The position numbers were made by a program, and so were the translations under genes. Below, piece by piece: positions 11,945 through 19,996 of a stretch of 64,000 nucleotides of DNA. Source of the DNA: Rhodothermales bacterium (GTDB lineage Bacteria; Bacteroidota; Rhodothermia; Rhodothermales; VXPQ01); NCBI GenBank assembly GCA_022825385.1, contig JAJDWX010000012.1, positions 17,122-81,121 of the forward strand, written 5' to 3'. Positions within the stretch are counted from its first letter, which is position 1; every line of letters begins with the position of its first letter. The notes under the pieces were generated by a model. It was not told the origin of the DNA, searched no databases, and was given only the letters and a program-made list of their open reading frames with translations.

Positions 11945-14050
11945 ATGAAAGCTATCCGTTTTCGAGTCCAGAACTTCCGCAATGTCGATGACAGCGATTG
12001 GATATCATTAGGCCGTGTTACCGCCTTTGTTGGCCGCAACGAATCGGGCAAGACATCCCTTCTAAAAGCATTGCACAAATTCAATCCGGGTACGCCGGAA
12101 CCATATGACGCGCAGCGAGAATTTCCGCGTGACCGATATACGCGCGACTATGTTGCCAAGGGATCGCAGGATCAAGGCTGGCCCGTTTGCTCGGTCGAAT
12201 TTGCGATTCCACCTGAGCTTCAAGCGGACATTGCCCAACTGGTGGGGGAAAACCAAAAACATCCCAAGCGTGTGACCGCGACACGCTATTATGATGGATC
12301 CATCAAGTTTGAGTATGAACCGGCTGTAGAGAACAAGCCGCTTGTTCCTCAGCCAGTGCTCGACGCGCTCACAGCCTTCGCATCAGGTGCCCGCCGACTT
12401 CCTGCAGCGCCTCCTGATCAGGAAGGATCTACATCTGAACAAAGAACTGCATTGGCGACATGGGCTACGGATTGGAAAAGTAAACTGAAGGACATAGACG
12501 ATCTTCGCGGTGAAGACGGGGTAGATATTTTGTCCAATCTGCATCATGAATCTGAGGACAAGAGTAACCCTCAAACCGCCAATATGGTCGAAAATCTTCA
12601 GAATAGTATTGATCCAATATTAGAAGCAGCGCAAAGAGATTCGCCTCTCAAACAAATCAACGATATTATCAAAGAAAATCTTCCGATTCTGATCTATTTC
12701 GAGAATTATGGAATTCTCGATAGCGCCATTTGGCTTCCACGCTTTCTTGAAGATTTGGAACGTGATGCGACTCATCCTCCCGTACGCACTGTCAACGCGA
12801 TGTTTAGACATGTGGGTCTTGATCCATTCATGATTAAACAGCTTGGAAATGAAGAGGCAAGGGCGATTCAACAACAAGGCAACCAGCCTACGCAAGAGCA
12901 GATTGCCGACGACCAGAAAAATAAGGAAAATCGTGCAATTCAGCTAAATGCCGCTTCCGTCGATATCAGTAAGCGGTTTTCAGACTGGTGGTCGCAACGT
13001 CGCCACAAGATTCGGTATCAAGCTGATGGAGACTACTTCCGCATCTGGATTGCAGATGACCGACGAACTGACGTAGAAATCGAACTCGAATCGCGAAGTA
13101 AGGGATTTCAGTGGTTTTTTTCTTTCTACCTTGTCTTTCTTGCCGAGTCCGATTTAGAACACAAGCATGCGATTCTTTTACTCGATGAACCGGGACTTCA
13201 CCTCCATGCGACGGCACAACAGGAGCTGATAGCATTCTTTGAAAAACTTTCAGAAACAAATCAACTCGTCTACACTACGCACTCGCCTTTTTTAATTGAT
13301 GGTGAAAACTTACATCGTGTCAGGCCTGTCACTGAGAATGAGACTGGTCACTCGCGGATCAGTACAGGGATATGGCCATCGGATCGGGAAACAATTTTTC
13401 CGCTTCAAGCTGCAGCAGGCTACGCAATGATTCGCGGGCTGTTTCAAAACCGAAAGAATGTGCTGGTTGAAGGAATGAGTGACTTCTACTACCTACATGC
13501 CCTGTCCCAGCAATGTGCGCAATCCGGTCGCTCAGCACTACCGGACGATATCTACATTACTCCCTGTGGAGGCACTAAACACGTGGGGCACCTTGCTTCT
13601 CTGTTTCTCGGAAATAATGTTCGACCGCTGGTTATTCTTGATGGCGACGATGCCGGACGAGCCCGACGAAACGCGCTGATAAAGGAACTATATGCCGGAC
13701 ATGACACTGGTATCTTAATGCTGGATGAAGTGTTGAGTCAAACAGGTCAGGAAATCGCAATTGAGGATATTCTGGGTGAGAAGCTTTTCCTGGCGGGGCT
13801 CAAGACGGTTCTCGGTAAAACCTTACAACTCAATCAAACGGATCGCTCAGCCGGAAGCTTACCAAGTCAGGTTAAGGCTGCGGCCAATCGCCGAAATTTC
13901 ACTCTACCAATGGGGTGGAAAGCATCCGTAGCCTTACATCTTGTAGCATCTTGGGCGAAAAACGGAACTACTTTTGACGACGAGATTATCGATAAAGCAG
14001 CGGCACTATTTTCCGCGATAATAGAAGCTTTCCATAATATAGAAAATTAA
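11945..14050 (+). CDS. OLD-family nuclease (ABC-type ATPase plus TOPRIM), stand-alone
   Basis: 701 aa. Walker A is VGRNESGKTSLLKAL and Walker B is LLLDEPGLHLH. TOPRIM motifs are VLVEGMSDFYYL and VILDGDDAGR. Confidence 0.85.
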   Translation: MKAIRFRVQNFRNVDDSDWISLGRVTAFVGRNESGKTSLLKALHKFNPGTPEPYDAQREFPRDRYTRDYVAKGSQDQGWPVCSVEFAIPPELQADIAQLVGENQKHPKRVTATRYYDGSIKFEYEPAVENKPLVPQPVLDALTAFASGARRLPAAPPDQEGSTSEQRTALATWATDWKSKLKDIDDLRGEDGVDILSNLHHESEDKSNPQTANMVENLQNSIDPILEAAQRDSPLKQINDIIKENLPILIYFENYGILDSAIWLPRFLEDLERDATHPPVRTVNAMFRHVGLDPFMIKQLGNEEARAIQQQGNQPTQEQIADDQKNKENRAIQLNAASVDISKRFSDWWSQRRHKIRYQADGDYFRIWIADDRRTDVEIELESRSKGFQWFFSFYLVFLAESDLEHKHAILLLDEPGLHLHATAQQELIAFFEKLSETNQLVYTTHSPFLIDGENLHRVRPVTENETGHSRISTGIWPSDRETIFPLQAAAGYAMIRGLFQNRKNVLVEGMSDFYYLHALSQQCAQSGRSALPDDIYITPCGGTKHVGHLASLFLGNNVRPLVILDGDDAGRARRNALIKELYAGHDTGILMLDEVLSQTGQEIAIEDILGEKLFLAGLKTVLGKTLQLNQTDRSAGSLPSQVKAAANRRNFTLPMGWKASVALHLVASWAKNGTTFDDEIIDKAAALFSAIIEAFHNIEN

Positions 14051-14198
14051 AACGGTACGGACTTAGCGAAAGATGTGTGATATTTAGAAAGATGATAGAC
14101 GATCTTTCAAGCATAGAACACGAATGCAGCACAAAGAACACAGGTCACCGCCAAAAACCGCATCTTCCGTTCGTCCGAGCAGCTCAGTATCTGTTTCT

Positions 14199-14651
14199 TT
14201 AGCCAATCACCGCCGGATGTACAGCTTGTACACATTCAGCAATCATATCTCCAATCAATTCTGCCTCCGGAGAATTGGCTGGAGGTAAGTTGATGATTTC
14301 GCTGTGCGATGGATCGGCCTCATGCTCATTTGTAGCACAAAGAGGCATGTGAATAAAACGAAGATCATCAAGTTCATTATGAACACGTTGTTTTGTTATC
14401 CCGACATTCAATTCAGCGAAGCAAGCACTTTTTTTCTTTTGCAATCGTAACAAGCGCCTGACCTCATCTAACTGCTGATCTTTAGTATCGCTGTCAAAAT
14501 ATTCGAGCCAATTAACAGAAAGACCTGTCTCGTCAGGCCTACCTTTGCGCAAGGAAAATGCAGCGCCGGTCGGACTTCCATCTGATTTTTGGCTTCTATG
14601 GTTTACATACCGAACAACATGGTGTTCATTTGGTAGATCATCACCTTTCAT
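14199..14651 (-). CDS. Hypothetical protein (150 aa), last gene of a three-gene operon
   Basis: The ORF has an ATGA overlap with the upstream gene (14648-14651). I recognise no motif in it (HHVVRYVNHRS...LSVNWLEYF). Confidence 0.6.
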   Translation of the reverse strand: MKGDDLPNEHHVVRYVNHRSQKSDGSPTGAAFSLRKGRPDETGLSVNWLEYFDSDTKDQQLDEVRRLLRLQKKKSACFAELNVGITKQRVHNELDDLRFIHMPLCATNEHEADPSHSEIINLPPANSPEAELIGDMIAECVQAVHPAVIG

Positions 14652-15289
14652 GACCCTAAGAAAGCATCAAGTTTGAAATTTCGCACTTGCTTTTTGATAC
14701 CTTCAATGGTATCACGTCCGGCTACGCGAGAGATATGAATGCTTCCCTTGCGTCGGCGAAATATGACATACTGTGCCATGCTGTCACCGAGAAACTGGAG
14801 TCCAAAATGGTTATTGTTTTCGTCACTCCATATAGCACGTAAATTGCCGTTTTCCAAGAGCACTAATTCTGCCATATCAGCGAAGGGAATTGACTCAAAA
14901 AATGACCAAAAATCCTGCTCGGATGCAACGTTCACATCGAAACCGTCAAGCATGGCATCATTACGAAGAGTGGCAATTCGGATATGATATTTTTGATGTA
15001 TTTCCGAAGATTTTTTTGTTTTATTGGCAAGATCGGCATTGAAGTGATCCAGCAGGTCAATTAGCCTATTCTGATGATCGGCAAGTGTTTTCAAGTGCTC
15101 AAAGGATATATCTCCAAGATAATCGTGAGAAGCATTGTTTCTACGAGAAAAAATGAGATACAGCCTTGATTTATTATAGTAATATTTTAATTCATGATGA
15201 TCATAACCACGATCTGGATCGAAAGTCGAAGTTGGATCATATTCTACCGACCTGTTGGTTGGGGGATATTCTAATGAAAGGATGCTCAT
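14648..15289 (-). CDS. Hypothetical protein (213 aa from MSILSLEYPP), middle gene of the three-gene operon
   Basis: The start at 15289 gives an ATGA overlap with the upstream gene's stop (15286-15289). No motif recognised. Confidence 0.6.
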   Translation of the reverse strand: MSILSLEYPPTNRSVEYDPTSTFDPDRGYDHHELKYYYNKSRLYLIFSRRNNASHDYLGDISFEHLKTLADHQNRLIDLLDHFNADLANKTKKSSEIHQKYHIRIATLRNDAMLDGFDVNVASEQDFWSFFESIPFADMAELVLLENGNLRAIWSDENNNHFGLQFLGDSMAQYVIFRRRKGSIHISRVAGRDTIEGIKKQVRNFKLDAFLGS

Positions 15290-16077
15290 TGTGTCACCTC
15301 CATTGGATTCCAAAAACGATCCTGAATATCCTTGCTTGTCGCATTCAAAAAGCATTCGATAATGGCATCATGCGCCCGTTCAAACCATTCATCCGCTTCC
15401 GATTTTAGAATCTGCCCAAGGCGGCCACTGGCCTTGATCTCGAATATTAGCGCCGGTACATCCTGTTGCTGGGTTCTAAAACCACTGCGCACACTGATGT
15501 TGAGCTGCAAATCGTTTGATAACCTGTAAGCAAAATTACTATTAAATCCCAAAGATTCCAGAGCGTCGATGCCGGAACTCAGCATCGCAAACGAGGGGAT
15601 GATTTTTGCCGTATCTTGCGTGCCTGTCCAATACTCACACTGGTCTATGGTATTGATGTATGTCAATTCGCACAGGTCAACGACGATCTCTGATGTATTG
15701 GTCTCTGTTCGGATAAATTCACTGAAAAGGCCATAGTATTTATCAAAAGCGGGTTTAATATTTTCATGAAATCTTGGATATTTTTCATCTTTACGACTCC
15801 AGTTGAACATAAAGGCGTTTTTTTGCACTTGGATAAGACTAATTTCATTGTCCGCAATGAACCAATATCTGGGCATCGGGAAGAACTCGCTACCAAGAGT
15901 ATCTGGCCCCATTCCTATCGGTGGTTGCTGATTCACAACAGGAAAATCCTGCTTTATTCTTTCCCAAAACAGACCAATGTGTTCGCTCCGAAGATCTATT
16001 AGCGGCGGGTTGAAGTATGTGGATACCACAACCTCATTGATTGGCGGATTCCTGAAGGCTACGGACGATGAGTTCAT
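15286..16077 (-). CDS. Uncharacterised protein (263 aa) resembling the TIGR04255 conserved-hypothetical family
   Basis: The N-terminal pattern NPPINEVVVSTYFNPP...F and the length of about 260 aa match my recollection of TIGR04255. This has not been verified. Confidence 0.6.
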   Translation of the reverse strand: MNSSSVAFRNPPINEVVVSTYFNPPLIDLRSEHIGLFWERIKQDFPVVNQQPPIGMGPDTLGSEFFPMPRYWFIADNEISLIQVQKNAFMFNWSRKDEKYPRFHENIKPAFDKYYGLFSEFIRTETNTSEIVVDLCELTYINTIDQCEYWTGTQDTAKIIPSFAMLSSGIDALESLGFNSNFAYRLSNDLQLNISVRSGFRTQQQDVPALIFEIKASGRLGQILKSEADEWFERAHDAIIECFLNATSKDIQDRFWNPMEVTQ

Positions 16078-16409
16078 GTCAGGTTCTGACTCTTTTTGCC
16101 AGTGTCTGCCAAGGGAATTTGTAGAAAAAGTTGGCTTTTTTGTCCATTTCCGGGGCTACGAGCATGTGCGGAGAGCGCCTCCCCGCCATTTTACCACCAT
16201 AAAGCACCAAACCCGCTCGTTCCATATCCTTTTTGTATACGACCCGACCCACGCTATGTTTCAGGGCTCGTAATAAAAAATACGCAATCTCCCCAAATTC
16301 TCCCTAAATCACCTGGCCCTCACAAGGGCTCCGCGCTCCCGCCGTGGATCCGTAGCAAATGTCTCCAGCACCTTGCTTTCCTCTTTCAGGATTAAGCACA
16401 CTGCCATTA

Positions 16410-16567
16410 CCGCCTCTCTCAGCACCCCTCCACCCGCGGCGGACACCACCAGCGCACCCCCTCGAACCGGGTGAATCCCGGTCCAGCGTGATCCATTCGC
16501 CGCCGGGCCTGCTCGCCAGGGCGACCATGCCGAAGGCCTCTACGCGGCTGGCTGGGTTGGAACACGG
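16410..16567 (-). ncRNA. Candidate structured RNA, copy 2 (unclassified)
   Basis: Homologous to 11641-11799. It starts about 10 nt downstream of the -10-like element of motif copy B. Confidence 0.5.
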
Positions 16568-16578
16568 GCGCAATCCTG

Positions 16579-16620
16579 TACCCTAAAATCCTAAAAAATG
16601 CTGTCCAATCAATCCGAGCC
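16579..16620 (-). promoter_or_regulatory. Copy B of the shared promoter/operator-like motif, directly upstream of RNA copy 2
   Basis: Minus strand reads GGCTCGGATTGATTGGACAGCATTTTTTAGGATTTTAGGGTA. Confidence 0.5.
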
Positions 16621-16628
16621 ACTTCCCA

Positions 16629-18944
16629 CTACTCAAGCACGGCCCCGATTTCATCAGCTGCCTTCTCGACTTCGTCAGCAATCTGGTGAAGGAATTGATT
16701 GTGACCAGGGGAGGGCGTAACAGTTGGGACAGGCGCGGCAGGCTCATATATCTGGTCGCCGATGATCTCGGCGCGCACAAATGTCGAACCGGCCCCGCGC
16801 TTGTAGTATGCGTCTTGCCACTGTACGATACGATCATCCCACAACCGGCGCGTACATATCTCGAGCAGGCGGCCGCTTAAGTTCTTCGTGAAAGCATCGA
16901 AACAGGCCTGTTTTTGGTCTTCTGCAGGCTCGGGTCCTCCTTTCCAACCCACCGGATTGCGTACGAACACGTATATCTGCTCCGTCAATTCTTTGTGCAG
17001 TTCGGCGACCGGCTTTAAGGTATCGTATTCATCCTCCCATCTCATCGCGAGTCGACGGCTCAAGGCCTTTACCCGTGTCCAATGCTCTTTCACCGAACCA
17101 CCTTTGAACTTGAGGCCGAGACGCGGTCGCCATGCCTCATGGAAGGCCTCTGTTGCGCTGTGCACTGCAAGCACGAGATTCATACGGTCATATACTGGAC
17201 GTATCTCGGTAGGCTCAGGCCGCTCAATCACTACATCAATGCAATTGAGGAGTTTACATAACTGCGAAATTGTGCGCCTTTGTGGATCAGTGTCTTTGCT
17301 CAGTGGCTCGTGGATGTCTGCGAGGAAAAAGCAGGCTTTTTGCAAGCGTCCACGCAACCCTCGCTCAGCGTAGGATCCGAGCTCTTCTCCGAATGCCGCA
17401 AGCACATTCTCCGCAGAGGCCAAGACGTGTTGTTTCTTCGCCGAAGCACCCGGCAGGTTATCGCCCTTGACCATATCAAAGTGTGTAAAGGCGATAATAA
17501 GTTTGCGGGCATTCCCCGTTGCCACGACGGCCCGCATGGCCGCAAGGGGCGCCGCCTGCATTGGCTGAGCAGCGTTATCCACAAGGAGTACCGCATCCGC
17601 GGTCTCAATGCGACGGCTCACCGCCGTCGAAACTACTGAAGACGATCCGGGCGTGTGGCCGAGACCCTCGCCATCAAGAAGAACGAGCTTGGGAATTTCG
17701 CTTTCACTCCAGGTCGGCGCGAAGGGACCAGCGATCCGTACGCCGTTCACAAGGGGGGTAAGCAATTGCCCAAAAAAAGGCGCGTAATTGCTGGAAAATC
17801 GAGAGATTGCGCGAAAAAATTCGGTACGCTTCTCCACCGGCCATTCTCCGCTCCACGTCAGGGGCCAACCCTGTCGTGTTTTTTTGACTTTGCCGGAAGG
17901 CAGCAGATCAAATCGCTTGTCGATCTCGTCCAGCAAGGCATCGGTCACTTCGTGGAACTCCTCGTCATCTCGCAAAAGGTTATCGAGTTCCTCCTCAAAG
18001 AGTTCCTCGAAGACGCGCTCGTCGTCAGTCTCGTTGACTTCGAGTTCGGCGCGCAGCCTATCTCTATGGCGACCGGCAATACCGACCAGCGTTTTTACCG
18101 TCTCGGCGAGCAATTTCTCCGTTCTCTCCATATCAATAGCGATACTTTCCGCTTTGGATAAAAGAACGTCCTCGGTATCCAATTCCTCTTCATCATCGTC
18201 GAAGTCCCAACTGTGCGAAGCAAGATTTGGACCGTTTCCGAGCACATAGTTGAAACGAAAACGCTGATCGACATGGTTGAGAAGGCGACGAAGCACCTCG
18301 GCAGCGTCCGCGTTGTTAGCCGCTGCCAGAACCGCGCCCGAGATACATTCGCTCAGATGGGCGTGCACCTCGTCGCTTGAAGCGAAAGTAACTACCGCGC
18401 GCCAGTCCCCCTCTGCGAGAACGATCTCGGTGTCGTGGATGGTCGTCTTGGCCGTTGAGGTTGAGGGAAAACGCTCCGTCTCGGGATCTGTCCCGATCAA
18501 CTGGCGGACGAGCGTCGTCTTGCCCGCACCGGTAGTCCCGAGAAAAAGCACCCGACGATACCCACCCGGTCCTGATTCAGGCAGGGGAATAACGGCCTCG
18601 CGCAGTCCCGCAAAGTCCATCTCTTCGGGGGCCATCTTGTCGAAAAAAATGTCGACGACGCGGGGATCGAATCGTCGCTCCGCCTCGGCACGAGCAGCGA
18701 CATGATGATATTTAGGGTCATCCAGAAGAACGTTCAACTCGTCCCGCAACCGTGCGGCTTCCGCCTCGTCCCGTGTGCCGAGGCCGCGCCGAACCCGAAT
18801 GCCCGGCTTGCCAGTCGCATCGTCCCGCCTGACCGGGTGCCGGAAGATTACCGAAAAGCCCAAACGGCCTTGAGTCTGGCTCAAGCTCGCAGAATATCTA
18901 TGGTCAGTCATGGTGGTTTTTTCGTTGTTCCAAGGTTGTACCAA
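16629..18944 (-). CDS. Large P-loop NTPase with GTPase-like motifs and an N-terminal integrase-arm/AP2-like segment
   Basis: 771 aa. G1 is FLGTTGAGKTTL, a DxxG motif occurs in LLDGEGLGH, and a possible G4 is AFTHFD. An acidic helical insert is present. The N-terminal segment is GKPGIRVRRGLGTRDEAEAARLRDEL. An alternative start exists at 18911. Confidence 0.7.
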   Translation of the reverse strand: MVQPWNNEKTTMTDHRYSASLSQTQGRLGFSVIFRHPVRRDDATGKPGIRVRRGLGTRDEAEAARLRDELNVLLDDPKYHHVAARAEAERRFDPRVVDIFFDKMAPEEMDFAGLREAVIPLPESGPGGYRRVLFLGTTGAGKTTLVRQLIGTDPETERFPSTSTAKTTIHDTEIVLAEGDWRAVVTFASSDEVHAHLSECISGAVLAAANNADAAEVLRRLLNHVDQRFRFNYVLGNGPNLASHSWDFDDDEEELDTEDVLLSKAESIAIDMERTEKLLAETVKTLVGIAGRHRDRLRAELEVNETDDERVFEELFEEELDNLLRDDEEFHEVTDALLDEIDKRFDLLPSGKVKKTRQGWPLTWSGEWPVEKRTEFFRAISRFSSNYAPFFGQLLTPLVNGVRIAGPFAPTWSESEIPKLVLLDGEGLGHTPGSSSVVSTAVSRRIETADAVLLVDNAAQPMQAAPLAAMRAVVATGNARKLIIAFTHFDMVKGDNLPGASAKKQHVLASAENVLAAFGEELGSYAERGLRGRLQKACFFLADIHEPLSKDTDPQRRTISQLCKLLNCIDVVIERPEPTEIRPVYDRMNLVLAVHSATEAFHEAWRPRLGLKFKGGSVKEHWTRVKALSRRLAMRWEDEYDTLKPVAELHKELTEQIYVFVRNPVGWKGGPEPAEDQKQACFDAFTKNLSGRLLEICTRRLWDDRIVQWQDAYYKRGAGSTFVRAEIIGDQIYEPAAPVPTVTPSPGHNQFLHQIADEVEKAADEIGAVLE

Positions 18945-19257
18945 ACCGAATAATACGAAACGCTGGCGAACTTGTCAAATATTTTTGGAACAACGTTGGA
19001 ACAACGTTTTGGAGGGACTTCGGGAAAGGCTGGACTAAAGGCAGCTGGCCCAAGCTCTATACGGAGAATCAAGGGCTCGATCCTCCTGACAGGCAGTGTC
19101 CAATGCGAACCGGGCGGTGAGCGTGGCTATCGCGCCGTCGCCGCGCATGGCGGCAAGGGTTGCCGTCTCCTTAAGATTAGGGCTGTGGATTCTGCGGGGG
19201 CACTTGGGCATGGGACGCCCCTTGGGTTGGTCAGGCCGAAAAAATCGAAAATCTCGC

Positions 19258-19295
19258 GTCTTAAATCCCGAAATAATGTCCAATCAGCCCGAACC
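19258..19295 (-). promoter_or_regulatory. Copy C of the shared promoter/operator-like motif, about 310 nt upstream of the GTPase-like gene
   Basis: Minus strand reads GGTTCGGGCTGATTGGACATTATTTCGGGATTTAAGACG. A shortened core, GGTTCGCATTGGACA, recurs at 19097-19111. Confidence 0.45.
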
Positions 19296-19521
19296 CCCTT
19301 GCAAAACGAATTCCAATCCCGTATCTTTAGGAAGAGTGGTTGCGGCCCCGCAAGATGTCACGGAGCTTGCGGTTCGCCACAATGTGCGTCCGCCCGGTAG
19401 CATTGGTCCATGCGGTAACTTGCAGCCAGCATGCAAGACAAGCACCTTAATGTACCAGGCACCGATTTCCGGCAGTGGACTGCCGTTGGAGTAGGTGGTG
19501 CGCAGTAAGTAGCGGCGCTAT

Positions 19522-19992
19522 ATGATACCGGAACTGATCGCCATCAAGGACTCGCCATGGCCCGTCCTGCCTATCGGGATTCACAAGGCAGATTTAGCTG
19601 CTATCGAAAATCGATTTGCGTCAAACAAGTGGCGGCGGGATCTGTTCGCTGGCTTGGTGGCGGCCTGCAAGTGTTTGTCTCAGGCAGGGTGTCGGCATCT
19701 ATATCTCGACGGGAGTTTCGTAACGGGGAAACCGCAACCGGGCGACTACGATGTTTGTTGGGACCTTCACGGAGTAGACTCCCGATTGCTGGACCCCGTT
19801 TTTTCGGACTTAAACAACCATCGTGTGGCTCAGAAAACCAAGTACGGCGGAGAGTTCTTTCCCTCCAGATACAAAGCTGATGCAGTTGGTCGGAATTTTC
19901 TTGAATTCTTCCAACTCGACAGATTCTCTGGAGAGCAAAAGGGAATCGTTCTCGTAAGCCTTGCTGACGACTCCATGCTTCAAAACCCATAA
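19522..19992 (+). CDS. Minimal pol-beta-superfamily nucleotidyltransferase-like protein
   Basis: 156 aa. LYLDGSFVTGKPQPGDYDVCWD carries a GS motif plus DxD. Confidence 0.6.
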   Translation: MIPELIAIKDSPWPVLPIGIHKADLAAIENRFASNKWRRDLFAGLVAACKCLSQAGCRHLYLDGSFVTGKPQPGDYDVCWDLHGVDSRLLDPVFSDLNNHRVAQKTKYGGEFFPSRYKADAVGRNFLEFFQLDRFSGEQKGIVLVSLADDSMLQNP

Positions 19993-19996
19993 CGCC

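Noticed and set aside
11638-12084. The ORFs 11638..12084(-) and 16304..16573(-) both cover the 160-nt repeat and give similar peptide fragments (SNPAS..EA..MV.L....EWITLDR...GAERG). This suggested a conserved small protein.
   Set aside because: Between EWITLDR and GAERG the two copies differ by a 1-nt deletion and a compensating 1-nt insertion. About 13 codons are therefore read in different frames, yet the nucleotide blocks (GGTTCG, GCGCTGG, GTCCGC, GTGGAGGG) stay conserved. Conservation is at the nucleotide or structure level, not the protein level.
12531-15632. Extra TGTCCAAT 8-mers inside the OLD gene (12531-12538) and the 263-aa gene (15625-15632), considered as further operator copies of the shared motif.
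   Set aside because: They lack the accompanying CCGAACC half and the promoter-like A/T segment, and they lie within coding sequence. These are probably chance matches to a short word.
18972-19494. The plus-strand ORFs 18972..19400 and 19096..19494, and the minus-strand ORF 19035..19283, in the GTPase/NTase intergenic region.
   Set aside because: They overlap one another, carry no motifs and have a biased composition. The region is better explained as a leader or regulatory region carrying motif copy C and hairpins.
19300-19500. A possible tyrosine-recombinase gene remnant on the minus strand. One frame reads ...GRTHIVANRKLRDILRGRNHSS*, faintly like the R-H-T...LLGHSS C-terminal region of integrases.
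   Set aside because: The frame is closed by a stop about 40 codons upstream. The similarity is only a few residues, and the catalytic Tyr region is absent. The evidence is too weak to call a pseudogene without a database search.
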